Of a stretch of 64,000 nucleotides of DNA, positions 40,726 to 54,799 are shown one piece after another (position 1 is the first letter of the stretch; the number at the start of each line of letters is the position of its first letter). The stretch lies in NCBI RefSeq assembly GCF_036321535.1, contig NC_087436.1, positions 87,670,001 to 87,734,000 of the forward strand, in the 5' to 3' direction. The notes below the pieces were generated by a model. The model saw only the letters and a list, made by a program, of their open reading frames with translations, did not search any database and was not told the DNA's origin. The translations under genes and the position numbers were made by a program. This DNA is from Camelus dromedarius. Lineage: Eukaryota.

Positions 40726-42825
40726 CTGATGGAGGGAAAAGTAAGATGAATTACTGACACATAATTAACAAATGGGATGGTTTCAATTGCTGTACGAATC
40801 AACTTAGGAAAGTTCATGAAGGTTAACTCTTTCCATATGAGGTGTGTTAAGCACCGATCTAGAAGGGTGAGAGACAGAGCAGAAGAACTCCAGATGACAA
40901 TCTTCTTCACAAAAATATCGGGGGGGCTCAACACAAAAGGGCAAGCACAGCAAAGAGACACCATTTTTTATATTCCAGAAGTGCAATTTCTAGACGGCAA
41001 AGGCCCTTTCACATAAAAGACCAATAATACCTACTTTACAGAGATGCAGCAAGGATTAAAGAGCTCACTTGTGCAGGGCACTTCACTTCGGGCTTGGCAC
41101 AGAGTAAGTGCTAAATAAAGCGCTGCTCCCATTAGGAGCCACCACGTGGACAGCGCGCTCACTGTCTCCTCAGCCTGCAGCGCGCAGCGCCGGGGACTCA
41201 AGGAGGACTTGCCGCGTGCTGTAAGCGGCCTCAGGACTAGGTGCTTTGGCCCCTGAAGGGTTACTCTTCTAGTAACTCTGACTTTGAATCTGATCATAAA
41301 AGAAATTAGCATAGCCATGAAATAGTTCTTCTCTTCCTCCCAGACAAGAAATACGCTGTGTGTGTATTTTAAAATGCAGTTTCCTGTATAAAGATTTAAA
41401 AATAGAACCCAGTCCAACAACTTTTAAACCCTCACCACTAAAATCGGGAATATTGGAAAACAATACATGTACATAAAAAGCAGAGAGTTGAGTGAATGGT
41501 TTTGAGGATGCAAACACGAGAAAAAAAGCTCGAATGAAAGGACTACCGTCTCCCTTTAACAGAAAAACGTAAACTAATATAAGACAGAGAACAAAGCACA
41601 GACCACAAGTGTAACTTTCTAAGCAACCAAAAGCAAAGCCCAGTCACTGAAACAGCTGATGGCGCTCCTGGAATTGTGCGAAGTCCAACCTGCTGGCGGC
41701 AAGGTCTGTTAGCTCCAGAGCCCTTCACGCCCAGGCTCCAGTTCTGCTCAACTCTCTGAGAACAAGACCTGTTTCTACTTATTTTCCAAATAAAGCCAAC
41801 ATTTCTCGGGGCAGTCAGAGAAACTGGAACAGATCACTGGTAAATATGGATTGTTATGTGAACACATATTTCTTACATTAAAAACTAGTTTTTATACCTT
41901 TCTTCAGGAGCCCCAGTTAGTAATGTTGAAGGCAATTTTTAGTAATAGTCCTCAAAGAATCCTATCACATTTGGAAGTTTTTCTGACCATGACACAAAAG
42001 AAGTTATAAGGAAGGTGGTTTCAAGAGTGAAGCTGAAGTCAGGGTAAGGCCCAGGATTTTCTCAAAGACCAGCACCCTCATCCTTTTCAGCAAAAAAGCA
42101 TTTTTTAAAGGGGTTTAGGTCTGGAAGGCAAGAAGGATGCCATATGTGACAACCCAAGTAACTCAAACTCACATCTCAGATTCTCCTGGATCCTACATTA
42201 TTATTACAGGGCATCAAAGCCAGTTCCTAATAACCAGCAGCTCAAAATTTCAATCATTAATACCTAATGCAAAGGAAATAATGGAGGGAAGTGCTGGATT
42301 ACTTCGAATACAAATGTGGAGAAACCTTAAACCGAGAGATGTTGTCTGAAGGAGTCTGCCAAACACTTAGATTGATCCAGGTCCTCAAGTTACTTGGAGA
42401 TAAGAGTAGATAAATATATCACAAACTTAATTTAGTAATAAGGCAGATGGCTGTTCTTTAACCTTTGCTTCATAAAAGTAGAACTTCATCTAAAGCCACA
42501 AAAGAAAGTAAATCTTGTTTTCCTCTAGTTATAGAGAGCAGGAAATCTAAACAAAAATAAAGCTTTAAAATGGGGACGAGAGAGGACAGGACAGAGCTGT
42601 GGCTGTCTGATGCACCTGCACCTGCACCAGGGACAATGCGGCATGCGAAATGCACGCACACGTACACTCAGAGCACAGGGACGTGCTCACTGACAGCCAC
42701 TGTGTCGCCATAGTTCCTACAGGCAGAAAGGCACAACAAACAAAGTTACATAAAATGGTTAAATAAAATATACTTGGTAGTTCTAAGCAAGCAAACATAC
42801 ATTCCATAAAATAACAATTTAGTAC

Positions 42826-42930
42826 CTCTAAGAATTGGTGAAAAACTGGAAAAAGGGGCCAGATTTTTCCTAATAACAGTCCCAACATGCACTTGGCAGT
42901 GTTTATGTCTAGGCTGCGCTGGTCCTTTTC
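42826..42930 (-). CDS. DCUN1D4: DCN1-like protein 4, coding exon ([35 protein letters not shown]), 105 bp
   Basis: Within ORF 42565..43002; aaacag| acceptor, |gtact donor; phase 0-0. Confidence 0.97.
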
Positions 42931-44379
42931 CTGTTTAACAAACAAAAACAAGGATGAGCCAGATGCCCCCAAAGAATAAATTCCAATAATCCAAACTTCC
43001 ATTTTACTTCAACGAGAAATCAGTAAACAGCTCATTTATCACATACCGTAAAAACCCTGAATCAAGACTATGGTGGGGGGAGGGGAAGCAGTCAGACACA
43101 ATGGAAGACTTAAACGTTTTCATACTACATAATTTTACTGTGAGAGTTCCAGGTCAACTGAATGATCACCCTAATGCAAAATCCATTAGTTATGTGGTTA
43201 CAATATCTATGATTATTTCAGGGGATAAATTAAAAAATCTATAACACAATCACTTGCTATTTGACATTTATGATTGTTATCAAATTCACAATTACAGACC
43301 CCAAAGCCCATAAACTTAACTAAATGGAGTTTAAAGGTTTCTATTTCCATGCTTAGGAATCAGGCTTCCTTGATAAAAGTCATTTTTCCAACAATTTTAT
43401 TTCACTGGTAAACGTTTTCTTGTACCTAAAAATGTTGGAATTAAACTGAGCTCATCATGAATGCCAGGGCTCTGGAGAGTCTCTCCAAGGAAGAGGACGT
43501 ATTCATCCACCCACTCTGGGGAAGAGGAGGGTGTCTACCTGTTACAGACCTCCTTACCTTGAACTTGCTGGATGTGAAATCTCCTAGCAGAACACGCCTA
43601 ACCGAGAGCCAGGTGAAAGACAACATTTTATAAGGAAACCAGAAAAGACACTTACATAAACCTGCACATGGGCAGACTAAGCTTATTCCACTTTGAGCTG
43701 CAAGTAAGAATCTAATTTCTCACTCTAATCTTTCTTACAAAGTTTCCATTCAGGAACTACAAGCGGGCAGTTTCTATGTAAAAGGGCAGAGGATCTGGGA
43801 CCCTAGGCAGCAATCTTATATACTCAAAGCTAACCTCCTCAAGGTATCTTAACTTCAAAGAAAGTTTGCAAAAGTACTTTTCTACAAGGGGGAAAAGTGC
43901 CGGGCTAGCCCACGTGGGGTGGAATCTAAATGTTCACCAAACTAAGGGATGATGCCGTGACCACCACTGTCAGCCACATGTGCAGCCACACCGGTAAGAT
44001 TAACTGTGACCTCAAGGAGTCTACCAGTGAAGTGCTCTTTAGTACACAGAGAATTTCTGGCCACGACATGAGACTTTAAAGTGAAGGACTTAATACAGCA
44101 AATGTAAGGAAGGGCCTCACTCAACAACCACCACCAAGGGAGATGAAGATATGGGGAGATGAGTGACAGGTCTGGCTTTCGGTACCAGCTGTAAAGCATG
44201 ACAACGGCTCACGAACAGACCAGGTCAGGTGGCTCCGAGTCACCCTTCTCTGCTCTGGTGGGGGACCCCAATTCCACAGTTAACGCCAACAGGCGGGCCT
44301 CCCCTCCACTACCTGCTCTGGCTGTATCATCCTGCTCAGGCAGCAGGACTCGCTCCGTGTGGAGGATGCAGTGGGCCAG

Positions 44380-45110
44380 GTGCCCTCCCTCGAGACAGTC
44401 CACCTTTCACTACCAGCCTCACGGGTTTGTTGCACTACATGGGCTCAAACTTTGGCAGTGCCCTGTGCCAGGAAACGGAAACCTCTCACCCTGTCATGCG
44501 CGTGAGGCAGATGGCAATGGCACACCCTGTCCACACCCCGTGGTGCAGCAGCCACAAGAAAAACTGCTGACATTGCCCACGGCACCACAGGGCTGGGCCC
44601 AACCTCACGTGGAGAATGACAGCTCGGGCAGCCCTGGGCTGCAGGCACGGGCGCGCATTGGGGAGTCTCCCTTTGAGGAGTCCGCGGTCGTTCACTGAAC
44701 CCAAAATCACTAGTCTTGCCCTGATACACACTGTGCCTTCTTCCAACACCATCAATGTCCCCATCACAATGGACATACACTAAAGTGACAAAAAAAAAAA
44801 GATACAAAGGACCTGGACAGACTCTTTGAAACAGTGTAATCATCTGACAAACTGATGATCATGAAGGATTTCAATGCATGTGTTTGGCAGTGATGCCAAA
44901 ACATGGGGAAAAGGCATCAGACTCACAGGACCGGAAAGCTGAACAGCACTCACTCACTCCTGCTCTGCAAGGGTGCCAGCTGGGGGCTCGCAATCACTAA
45001 CACCATCTTCTGCCTAGCAAATGAGAGAGAGACATTATGGATGCACTCGCCATCGCAACAGCTCGCTGGTAACCAACACTGCCTGTGGGTGGACGTAGGC
45101 TAAGTACAAA
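44380..45110 (+). mobile_element. Ancient RTE-clade LINE 5' fragment (MamRTE1-like) with endonuclease remnant
   Basis: DKLMIMKDFNACV / GKLNS / LAITNTIF / WMH match RTE AP-endonuclease motifs; upstream ggcagatggcaatggcacaccc resembles the RTE 5' / BovA-like motif. Confidence 0.7.
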
Positions 45111-47039
45111 CGACCCTAACTGGAAACACGCAGAACTCCTAGGACAGCACAGTTGAGAGATCCCAGAGCAAACATCTACTAAAAGCAAAATGGAGACGCG
45201 CCCAGGGCATTCACTGACAGTGATTCTGATGGCATTCTCTGCAAGGAGGTTCCCAATTAAAAGTGAAATGGATCTCCCAAGATGCTATGAAACAGCCATC
45301 AACATTATGTTTTTTTTTTTTAATCACCTTAACAAATTCACAGAATAGAGCAAAGACATCCAGAAACCCCTCGCAGGAAATTCGAATAGTACACTGTTAA
45401 TACTTGTAAATACCGAGGAGCAAGGGGCAGATTTGTGCATCTCAAGGTCAGAATCTAGGCAGAAAGTACCTTGAGACAGACTGTCCAGAGTAAATCAGCC
45501 CATCAAGGTTAAGGGAGAACAAATCAAACTTCTCTCCCTGCCCACCTCTTGACCCAAGATTTCCAGGTATATATTTCACAGAGTTTTCTTTTCTAAGATA
45601 ACAAACTAAGTAACAATTTTATTTTTCAAATAATAATAGGAACTGACCAGGTTCTATACACCAAAGCTGTACTAACCCCCTACAATACACAACTGGATCC
45701 TGCCTTGTTGTCATCCTTAAACAGAGTTTAAAAGAGCAGTTACAGGTGAGATCAGACTGCTTATTTGCAGCTGCAAAACCAAGGGATCCTACTCCGAGTA
45801 CTCTAAGAAGTTATGTTTTGTATACGGAATAAATGCACCCCTCAAGCTAAAGATTACTAACAGCCAATGTTAGAGAAAAGTGAACTTTTATTAAGTTCTG
45901 TTTTGAAGTTCAAATACAAAAACAAATAATGCCTTTGTTCATATAAACTATTCCAATACAGGTCGTCCTGTAAGATGTAAAATTAGGCATTTTCTTCTTC
46001 TTAAATGGCACAAATGACCAAACTGAAATGAAGTAGGTAACTGTAAATATATAGATTATAAACATGATACGACAAAAATGAATGAATCTTCAAACATCTA
46101 GGTATCCAGATATGCTGTATCAGAGGCCTCTAACTTTTTCAATGATCTATTTCCAATTTTCACAATGTTATTATAGCTTAAAGATTTGTACTTGAAAAGG
46201 GGAATGTTGAATTACTAAAATTATAAAGAAAAAAACCTTCAATATTAAAAAAGAATTCCCTAAGATTTTCAAGAGGTACTAAGTGAACTCAAGAAACAAC
46301 ATACAAGTGACCACGATCACAAACATAAATGGCCAGGACCAAGTCAGAAATTGGTATGTGAAATCAAAAGGCCTTAACTGAAAACCTATAATACACGTCA
46401 TGGAATTCTCACTTAAGACCGTGGGGATTACACAAAATAAAGAGAAAATGTAGTCCTCCTTAACACAGTTCAACAAATATAAGGCAAAACAAACAAACAA
46501 ACAAACAAAAAAACTCTAAAGAATTTGAATCTTAATGTGGTTGTTTATAAAGCTGAAAATATAGCAAACCAGTTTTTTGAAAGAGAGTTAAAAAAAAAAA
46601 TTAAAAACAAGCAAAAAGGTCATAAAACCCATGAGTGCCCTTCCCACTGGGAAAAATGAAACTAAAAAAGTATGCTCTTAGAATTTACCCAGCATAGCTT
46701 TCAAATAAACAATGTTTGTAAGGCAATTACTTGATTAAGCTCAATTATTGACACTTCCTTTAAAAGAAAAGAAAAAAAGATCTGACATTTCCTTTAAAAC
46801 AAAATTAAAAAGTCATTCCACAGTTGTTTTATTTGGCATAGATTACTGCTGTAAGCACTACTCTTGGAAGGAAAGCCATTATTTGAAACTTGGGTTTTAC
46901 AAACACCTAAATAACGTCAGTGAAGAATAACTCAACAACTACTTCTTATCCTATGGATAAGTTTTTCTGAGAACTTAAACTAAGACAGAGATTGTTTTAA
47001 GTGCTTAAAACTCATTTAGTACAATAACCGTATTAGGAG

Positions 47040-47180
47040 ACGCATGATCATAATCCCCAATTTATAAATAAGGAAACTGAGGCACAGGAGATAGATGACA
47101 GTCAGTAAGTGGGTGAGCTGGGACCTGAACCAGGAAGTCTGATTCCAAGCCTGAGCATCTCAATGTGTACCAATCTGCCT
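47040..47180 (-). mobile_element. MIR SINE
   Basis: ccccaatttataaataaggaaactgaggcacag...ggacctgaaccagg. Confidence 0.7.
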
Positions 47181-49224
47181 CCCCGAACAGGAAGGAGAGG
47201 AGAGGGCGTTCCATGTTAAGAGAGACACCGTCCAATTAGCTTTACAGGTAACTGCTGAGCAAATCTGGGCAACTCTGCAACAACCAAAGGGTAATCCTGA
47301 AGGTCAACTGACAGAGTTCAGGGCAACGGGTCTGGGATCAGATGACCACCGGGTCTTCCCAACCTCTGAGTCCTCACCCAGGCCCACCCTCGGTTTTCCA
47401 CATAATTTACAATGAAAGCATAAGAAAGAGAGGAGACCGTGTGTGTGGTGTGTTGGGGAGCTGTGTGGAGGGGAAATTAGACAGTAAAGAAGTAGGAAAC
47501 TGACTCAAGTTAGAAGAGGAAATGAATCAAATGGTCACAACAGACTTAGGTGAGAGCCAGGCAGAGTTCGCAGACAGAAGAGGGTGTTGAACCCGAGACC
47601 CAGCAAAAGCGACCTCCAGAATCATTCCATTAAATGGAAGAGACTTAGACGTTAGCTTTAATCCGTGTGGCCTCTTACCCTTCCTGAAACACCTCCTTGG
47701 AAACTAAAAAACAGCCCCGGTACCTACAGCTGGAAACGTGGCCACGCCGAGGTGGGGGCTGTAAGGACTGACCTGCAACAGACTAACCGTCACAGGATCA
47801 CCTCTCGGGAAGGGGGTCTCACTGGGGGCTTCTGCATCCACAGACCCCTCTGCTACATCCTCTTAAGGCTTTCCTTCAGGGAACAAAAGAGAAAGGGCTT
47901 CCCCGGCCCGGAGCAATCTCCTCTCTTCTCTTGCTCACTCCCTTCCTTCTCCCTCACCTTGAAGGCCTCCCTTCTCTGCATCCAGCAGCTTCTCCTAACT
48001 TCAGTTCCTTCCTGATTCCACTCTAGGAGGGCTCCCCTCAGCTCCCCTCAGCCCGCCAAGCCCACAAACTTCTCAGTCCTCAGATCATTCTCTCCGTTCT
48101 GCACCAGGGCTGCAGGATGCGGTGCTGCACTGCTAGGAAAAATCCAAGAGCGGCATCGCTGTCAGTTCAGGTGTCTGCTCTGATCCAGGCTAAGATGCTG
48201 CAGCTAGCAGCACCTCACCCAGCCCAGCGTCCATCCTTCTCTGCAACTCAAGTGGCAACTCTCTCTGTGACTTCCGGCAGAGTACCTTGTCTCTGCCCCA
48301 GAGAATGTAGAAAAGTTAAATTTAACCTGTATTTAATAATTATTCCCAATCAACAAAAAATTACTATATTTAAATCTTTTATCTCATTCTCTTTGTCCAA
48401 TCTTACTCTCCTTTTAGGAATCAAGACAAAAATGGCTGTTTTACTTAAAGGAATCCATACAACAGTATCTGTTTATATAGTAAATAAAATTTACACCGGG
48501 GGAAAAACACTAAGCATAAAAATACTCTGACAAAATTCCACTCGTATGAAGGAACTGGTCATTTTGTTCCCCCAGTTTATATCCCACCATCTTCCTCTAC
48601 CAGGGCACCACAGGGTGGTCACAGTCTGAGTCAGGAAGGCAGTGTGGCTCTGTGGAGAGGACACTGGTTTGCACCTCAGGGACAGAGCTCAGCCCTAATG
48701 CTGTCCCCTTCTCTCTAGCCCCCAGTCTCATCATCTGCTTAATGACAAGACTGGACCAAGGGTCCTCTTGAGGTTTCTTTTAACTCTAAAGTTTCATGAC
48801 TCTCTGGCATCCATCATACTATAAATAAATCCAAGTCAAAGTAAAAGTAGGAGAAAAATAATATAGTTTTACAGCCAAGTATTACTTTTAATTGGCTACA
48901 AGGTTCAAAGATGAGGGAAAAAACAATCACACGCTTAGGACTATAAGTCTGGCGGAGAGATATTAAAGGGACATTTTATCATTTTCTGGTATTGGACTAC
49001 AGTTTCTTTCCTGGTACATTAAAGTATAATGCAGAGTATTTAACACATGCCATTGTTATTTGCAATAGAGAATATTTAGGATATTAAAACTATAACAAAG
49101 TTTGGTTTGTATTAGAAGTTTAAGTTTAAAAGGTCTGATGTGCACTTATGCATTATTACCTCTAGGAGCCATTTCTCTAGTAGGGGAAAAAAAATGGAGG
49201 GGGAAAAATGGGGGTTTGAGTTCT

Positions 49225-52200
49225 GCTTCCAACCAAGATGGAGTCACAAAACCAGATTTCCCTTCCCTCCTTCACTTCGAACAACCAGAAAACTGGACAC
49301 AATATATGAAACAATGGCTCTCAGGCACTGGTCAACATGCAGTACAGGACTGTGACCCTTGAGGGAAAAGATAAGCCGTCCAGTGACACTAGCATACTTT
49401 GTGGAGGTGGATCTCAGGCCACAGCACAGGACAGGGAACCCAAACCCAGCCTAGTGGAAAGCCAGCTTGCTGAGCTGGAAAAGACAGAGTCTGTGGAGTC
49501 CAAGGAGGCATATAATTTGTGGGGCAAAAAATCAGCAAGGTGGGAGCTGCAGAGAGAGAGATGTGGAGAGCCACAGGGTGTCCTCAGTCAGTGGCTGAGG
49601 ACTCACCTGTGCATGTTTGAGAGGAAAGCCCCCCGAGCCGGCAGTAGAGTATGCGGAAGTTGCCGGAGCTCACAGCGGCTGGGAATTGTCTGTACTCCCA
49701 CCAGCCACAGGGGATAATGTAACACACAGGGCCCTGGGCAGAGTCCTCAAAAGGGTACTGTCTTACTAGTAGGGCTAAATCATCCCTAGACGGAGGCAGC
49801 TCTGGACCAGTCCTTTCAAAGGATCAGTCTGATTCCAAGTAACTTAACTATACACCAGAAAAAAATTTAAATCCAACATTATTTAAAGAATACAAAAAAC
49901 CCCAGCAACCAACAGTATACAACTCACACTATCCAACATCCAATAAAAAAAGAAAAAATGCTACTAGGAATGCAAAAAGCTGTAAAATACAACCCATAAC
50001 CAACATAAAAAATGTAACCAAGAGCAAGAGAAACAGAAATGACAGAGATGAAGAGACCAGAAGAAAACGGTGCTCACACACCTGTGATAGACAAGTTCTG
50101 GATGATCAAGATGGTAAAAGAAAATATTACCATGATGAAAGAAATGGATATAAAATGACAAAAATGGAATTTCTAGACATGAAAAATACAGTATCTGAAA
50201 TGAAAAATATTAACAGGATTAACAGCAGATTAGCCACTACAGAAGAAAATAATAGTATTAGAAGATACAGTAAAAAAAAAAAAAAATCCAAAGGGAAACA
50301 AAAAGGGAAAGCAACAATAAACAATTGAACACAGCATCGGTGGCTTGTGGGACAATATCAAGCATCTAACGTAGGTATCACTAATGGCAGAAGACAGAGG
50401 GAGAGCAGAAAAAATAGTTGAAGAAATAACAGCTGAGAAATTTCCCAATTTAATACAAACTATAAATCCACAGATCTAAAAAAAACTCAACAAGTCCTAA
50501 CCAGAATAAACACAACAAAAATTATGCCAAGGCACGTCACAGTCAACTTGCTGAAAAGAGAATAAAAGTAGTCAGAAAACAAAACAAAACACTATGTTCA
50601 AAGGAATAATGAATGACACCAGACTTACCAACAGAAACTCATGAGACAGAAGACAATGGTGAGACATCATTAAAGTAGTAAAAGAATAAATGGTCAAACT
50701 AGAATCTTTTATCCAGAGAAGTACATTCTAAACTGAAGGCAAGATAAAAGCTTGGAGATTCATCACCAGAAAATCTGTACTATGAAAAATGCTGAAGGAA
50801 ATTTTTTAGGCAAAAGATAAATGATACCAGACAGAAATCTGGATGTACACAAAAGGAAGAAAGAGTACAAAAGTGGTATATATTCGGGTAAATATAAAAG
50901 GTTATTTTTGCCCTTTTAAGCCAAAAACGATAACAGTATATGCTATGATCTGAATGTCATTGTCCCTCCTCCCAAACCTGTATGTTGAAATCCTAAACCC
51001 CAAGGTGATGGTGATCGGGGGTGGAGCCCTCATGACCGTGGAGTAGTGCCCCTAAAAAAAAGGCTGCAGAGAGGCCCCTCCTCCCTTCTCTCATGTGAGC
51101 TTATGGCAAAAAGACAGCTATCTGGGAGGTAAGTCCTGGTTAGACACTTAAACTGCTGGCACTGCTATCTTAGACTTCCCAGTCTCCAGAACTGTGAGAA
51201 ATAAATTTCTGTTGTTTATAAGCTACTTAGTCTCTGGTATTTTGTTACAGCAGCCTGAACAGACTAAATGTATTATGAGATGTACAGTGCGTGAATAAGT
51301 AAAATGCATGACAACAGCAGCAGAAAGGATGGAAGGGCAAAACGAAAGTGCACTGTTGTAAAAGGTTCTTGCATTATGCATAAAGTGGTGCAATGCTGGA
51401 AGATGGACTGTGAAAATTTAAAGATGTAAACTGTAAAGCCTAGAGCAGTCACACACACAACATAAAACAGATACACAGCTAATGACAGTGGAATGGAGTG
51501 ATTAAAATAAATCTGAAAAAAGAAAACCCCAATCCAAAACAAGTCATGGAAAGAGCAAAAGAGGAACAAAAACAGGTAGGACAAAAAAGGAAATAAACAG
51601 CAATATAGGAGATGTAAACTCAACCACACCAACAAATACATTAAATGTGAATGGTTTAAATACCTCAATTAAGACACACACTGCCAGACCTAACTACGCA
51701 TATGCGACCTACAAGAAACCCACTATATAAAGACACAAATAGGTTTAAAGTAAGAGGATTAAAAAAGACATATCACATGGACTTTAATTTAAAAAAAAGC
51801 AGAAATGGCTACATTTGAATCAGATAAAGTAGACTGCAGAACAAGGAATACTATCAGATAAAGGCAGACATGTCACACTGCTAAAGGGTCAATTCTTCAA
51901 GGACGTAGTAATACTAAGTATATCTAAACCTAATGTCTGAACTTCAAAATACATGACACAAAAAATGATATAAGCAACAGGAGGAGTAATTATAGTTGAA
52001 GAGTTCAATGTTCCTCTCTCAGGAGATGATGGAACAGTAGGCAGAAATCAATAAGGATACAGAAGACCTAAACAACAACCATCAACCAACTTGATCTAAT
52101 TGACATTTATACAACAGTCCACTGAACAGCAGCAGAATATTCATTCTTTTCAGGTACACTTAAAACATTCATCACAGCAGACCATATTCTGGACCGTAAA

Positions 52201-52430
52201 TCAAGACTCCATACATTTAAGTGGACTGACATTGTATAGAGTGTGTTCTCTGCCCACAGCAGAAACGACAGAAAGATTACTTGGAAAATTCTCAACAGTT
52301 GGAAAGTAACACAAACAACACACTTCTAAATAACCAGTGGGTCCAAAGCAATCACAGGGGAAACTGGAAAATATTTGAACTGAATGCAAATGAATACACA
52401 TCTCAAAACTTGTGGGATACAGCTGAACAA
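49225..52430 (+). mobile_element. Old L1M 5' part (5'UTR, ORF1, ORF2 start), decayed, antisense in a DCUN1D4 intron
   Basis: caagatggag start; A-rich ORF1-like text (gagaaatttcccaatt, ttatccag); ORF2 endonuclease-like text (acaagaaacccact, aaccagtgggtc). Confidence 0.75.
50941..51268 (+). mobile_element. MaLR solo LTR (MLT1A-like) nested in L1
   Basis: tgctatgatctgaatgt...aataaatttctgttgtttataagc...gttacagcagcctgaacagactaa; gtata/gtatt TSD-like flanks. Confidence 0.85.
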
Positions 52431-54569
52431 AACAAAAAAAGGACTCAATAACAAATTCATCTTACAGCCTATTTTAGCTGAACTGAATCTTTTTGGTAAT
52501 GATTAAATATGGGTGGTTGTTATCTATCTTACAGAAAGGGCTTAATTCACTGACATTTACTGATACTCTCCTTAAAAGCAAAGATCTTGGCAGGCTGCTA
52601 CAAGGGATATGAAGAAAGAAAACACGTAGCCCCTTAATCTGTCATAAAAAAACTAAGGCCTGTCCCCAAACTCCACAGGCAAGACAGAGAGGACAGAAAG
52701 GCTGTGTAAGTGGAGGCACACATGGCCGGGGCGGGATGATCGGGGGAGGCTGCGTGAAAGTGGCAGCATGCGGCTTGGGCCCAGAAGCCCGATGCTGGAG
52801 GGAGCTGTCGGAGCACAGACAGGGCTCCAAGGAGAGCCAAGGGCAAAGATGCAAGCAGCAGGGTCAGCCAACAGCTAGTTGGATGTCACCACCACACAGG
52901 TGTCTTGCGGGAGAGGAAGCTTGGGACTTGAACGTGAGGGCCTGGAGTGACCCGCGGGTGGGACCTGGGGCCACAACCTGAGTTTGCGTCCTGGATCTGC
53001 TGCTGGTCGACCATGTGCCCCAGGCCCAATCTCTCCACTTTCCTCTGCTGTGAAGGATGGTGAAACGATCCCTGTCTGTCTCTCAGGGTTGTTGTGGGAG
53101 AAGCTGTGCCATCTACACGGGGAAGCACTGCATTCACAGGGAGGTGATGGGTGCTGCTGGCTTTGTGAGCTGATGGGTGGCACCAGGTGAAAAGGGAAAG
53201 CGCGTGGAGACAAGACCGCCCCAGGAGTACAGGCGCGGAGGAGCCCAGCCTCAACCCCAAGGCTGTAGAGGAAGCACCAAGAAAGAGGCAGCTGAACAGA
53301 GGAGCCTCAGTGATTGACTGAGAAGGGGACATAAAGCCAGGGAGGAACAAGATGGAACCTGGTTCTAAAGCAGTGGACACGTGGGAAAATCTGACCCCCA
53401 AACAAGGATGGTAGAAAATATGGCTTATTTTGGTGAGAAGGCATAATGCTTCTAAACAAATTTGCAGCCATACAATAAGCAGCAGTTGACCTCAGGGAGG
53501 GAAAAAAATCCCATGAAAAAAAACTTAATCCTAGAAACTATGCATCCATTCTAAAAGCATCTGGCAAACAACTTTTATCTACAATTACACAAATACCATC
53601 CACTAAAACACTGCATCTGAATTTCACCATATCACTTCTAACACCTATACATTTCCACGCATGTCCTGATTTTATTTGAAGGTTGCAAACATAATGCAAA
53701 AATTCACAAATGAAGACACTACAGGGAACAACTAATGTTATTACAGATGCACCAGAATTCACCATCAAGTAAACCTTCGGTGCTGAGCTAACAGAACCAA
53801 AGCAAGGAAAAAGTGAAAAAGATCAACATGGTGATAAGAAAAAAAAAAAGTCACTGAATTCTCTGCTTAAAAAAAAAATCATCACTCTAGAAAGCTAGTG
53901 CCCTAAACCCACCATACATACAAACATAACAGAAACCACCATTCCGGAATACAGCTTAATCGTACATATTGGCCATGGGCTGTGAATGAACACAATGCCA
54001 ACCAGTGCCTCAGAATTCACTACCTATGGAGACCAGGCTGAAAAACAGAGCTTTATTTCACCCCAGTAGAACTGTGACAAACAAGATGATCACTTCTCAA
54101 AAGGATGACTGGAAACTATGTTTGAATAATGTCCACTGAAGTTAGCTCACATTTGAAATTCAGATGATTTCCAGATACAATATAGCACCCAAAGGGAAAC
54201 TGGCTTCTATCTGAGAGCTGATTCCAGCAAACTCAGTGGTGAAGGTTTGCTGTTCCGTGGGAAGTAAAGCTTTCCCAAACTTACCTAAGAGACTTATAGA
54301 ATAGTGTCTATTACATGCTCATTTATAAGCTCCTTCTAAGCTAATCTCAAGAGCTATTAAAGGTCCGTCACTAGAGCCTTTGCTGACATACTGGATTTTT
54401 GCTCAAATCAGAGTCAGTGTAGAAAGTACACATGTAGAGAGAAATTCTAACTAGCATCCTGGGAGTAGCTTATTCAGCTTCCTTGCTGAAGCATGTTAAA
54501 CAACCTCAAAAGGCAATAAAAAGGGGAGGGAGGAGAGGGAAACATCTGGATAGGCTCCAGAGAACTCAC

Positions 54570-54678
54570 CCGTGCAAAGTCAAACGCATATCTGTAAATA
54601 AGCTTAAAGTTTGTAGAATCATTTAATAATGATCTTAAGTAATCCAAAGTATTTCTGAGTTTTTCTGTTGTATCACAT
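54570..54678 (-). CDS. DCUN1D4: DCN1-like protein 4, coding exon ([36 protein letters not shown]), 109 bp
   Basis: Within ORF 54474..54791; ttttctag| acceptor, |gtgagt donor; phase consistent. Confidence 0.97.
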
Positions 54679-54799
54679 CTAGAAAAACAGAATAAAGGCA
54701 AATTATAACCCGAGTTTTTTCTTAAGTGGGGTAATAATATAAAACACAATACTGAAAGAATAAAAACCCTGGGGTTGGAAAACGTCCACAATGAGCTAT

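Noticed and set aside
44198..44843. Cluster of overlapping ORFs up to 166 aa
   Set aside because: GC-rich intronic sequence overlapping the RTE fossil; no coherent protein family or splice support
52634..53401. GC-rich intronic ORF cluster up to 171 aa
   Set aside because: Overlapping frames on both strands and no relation to DCUN1D4 or any family I recognise
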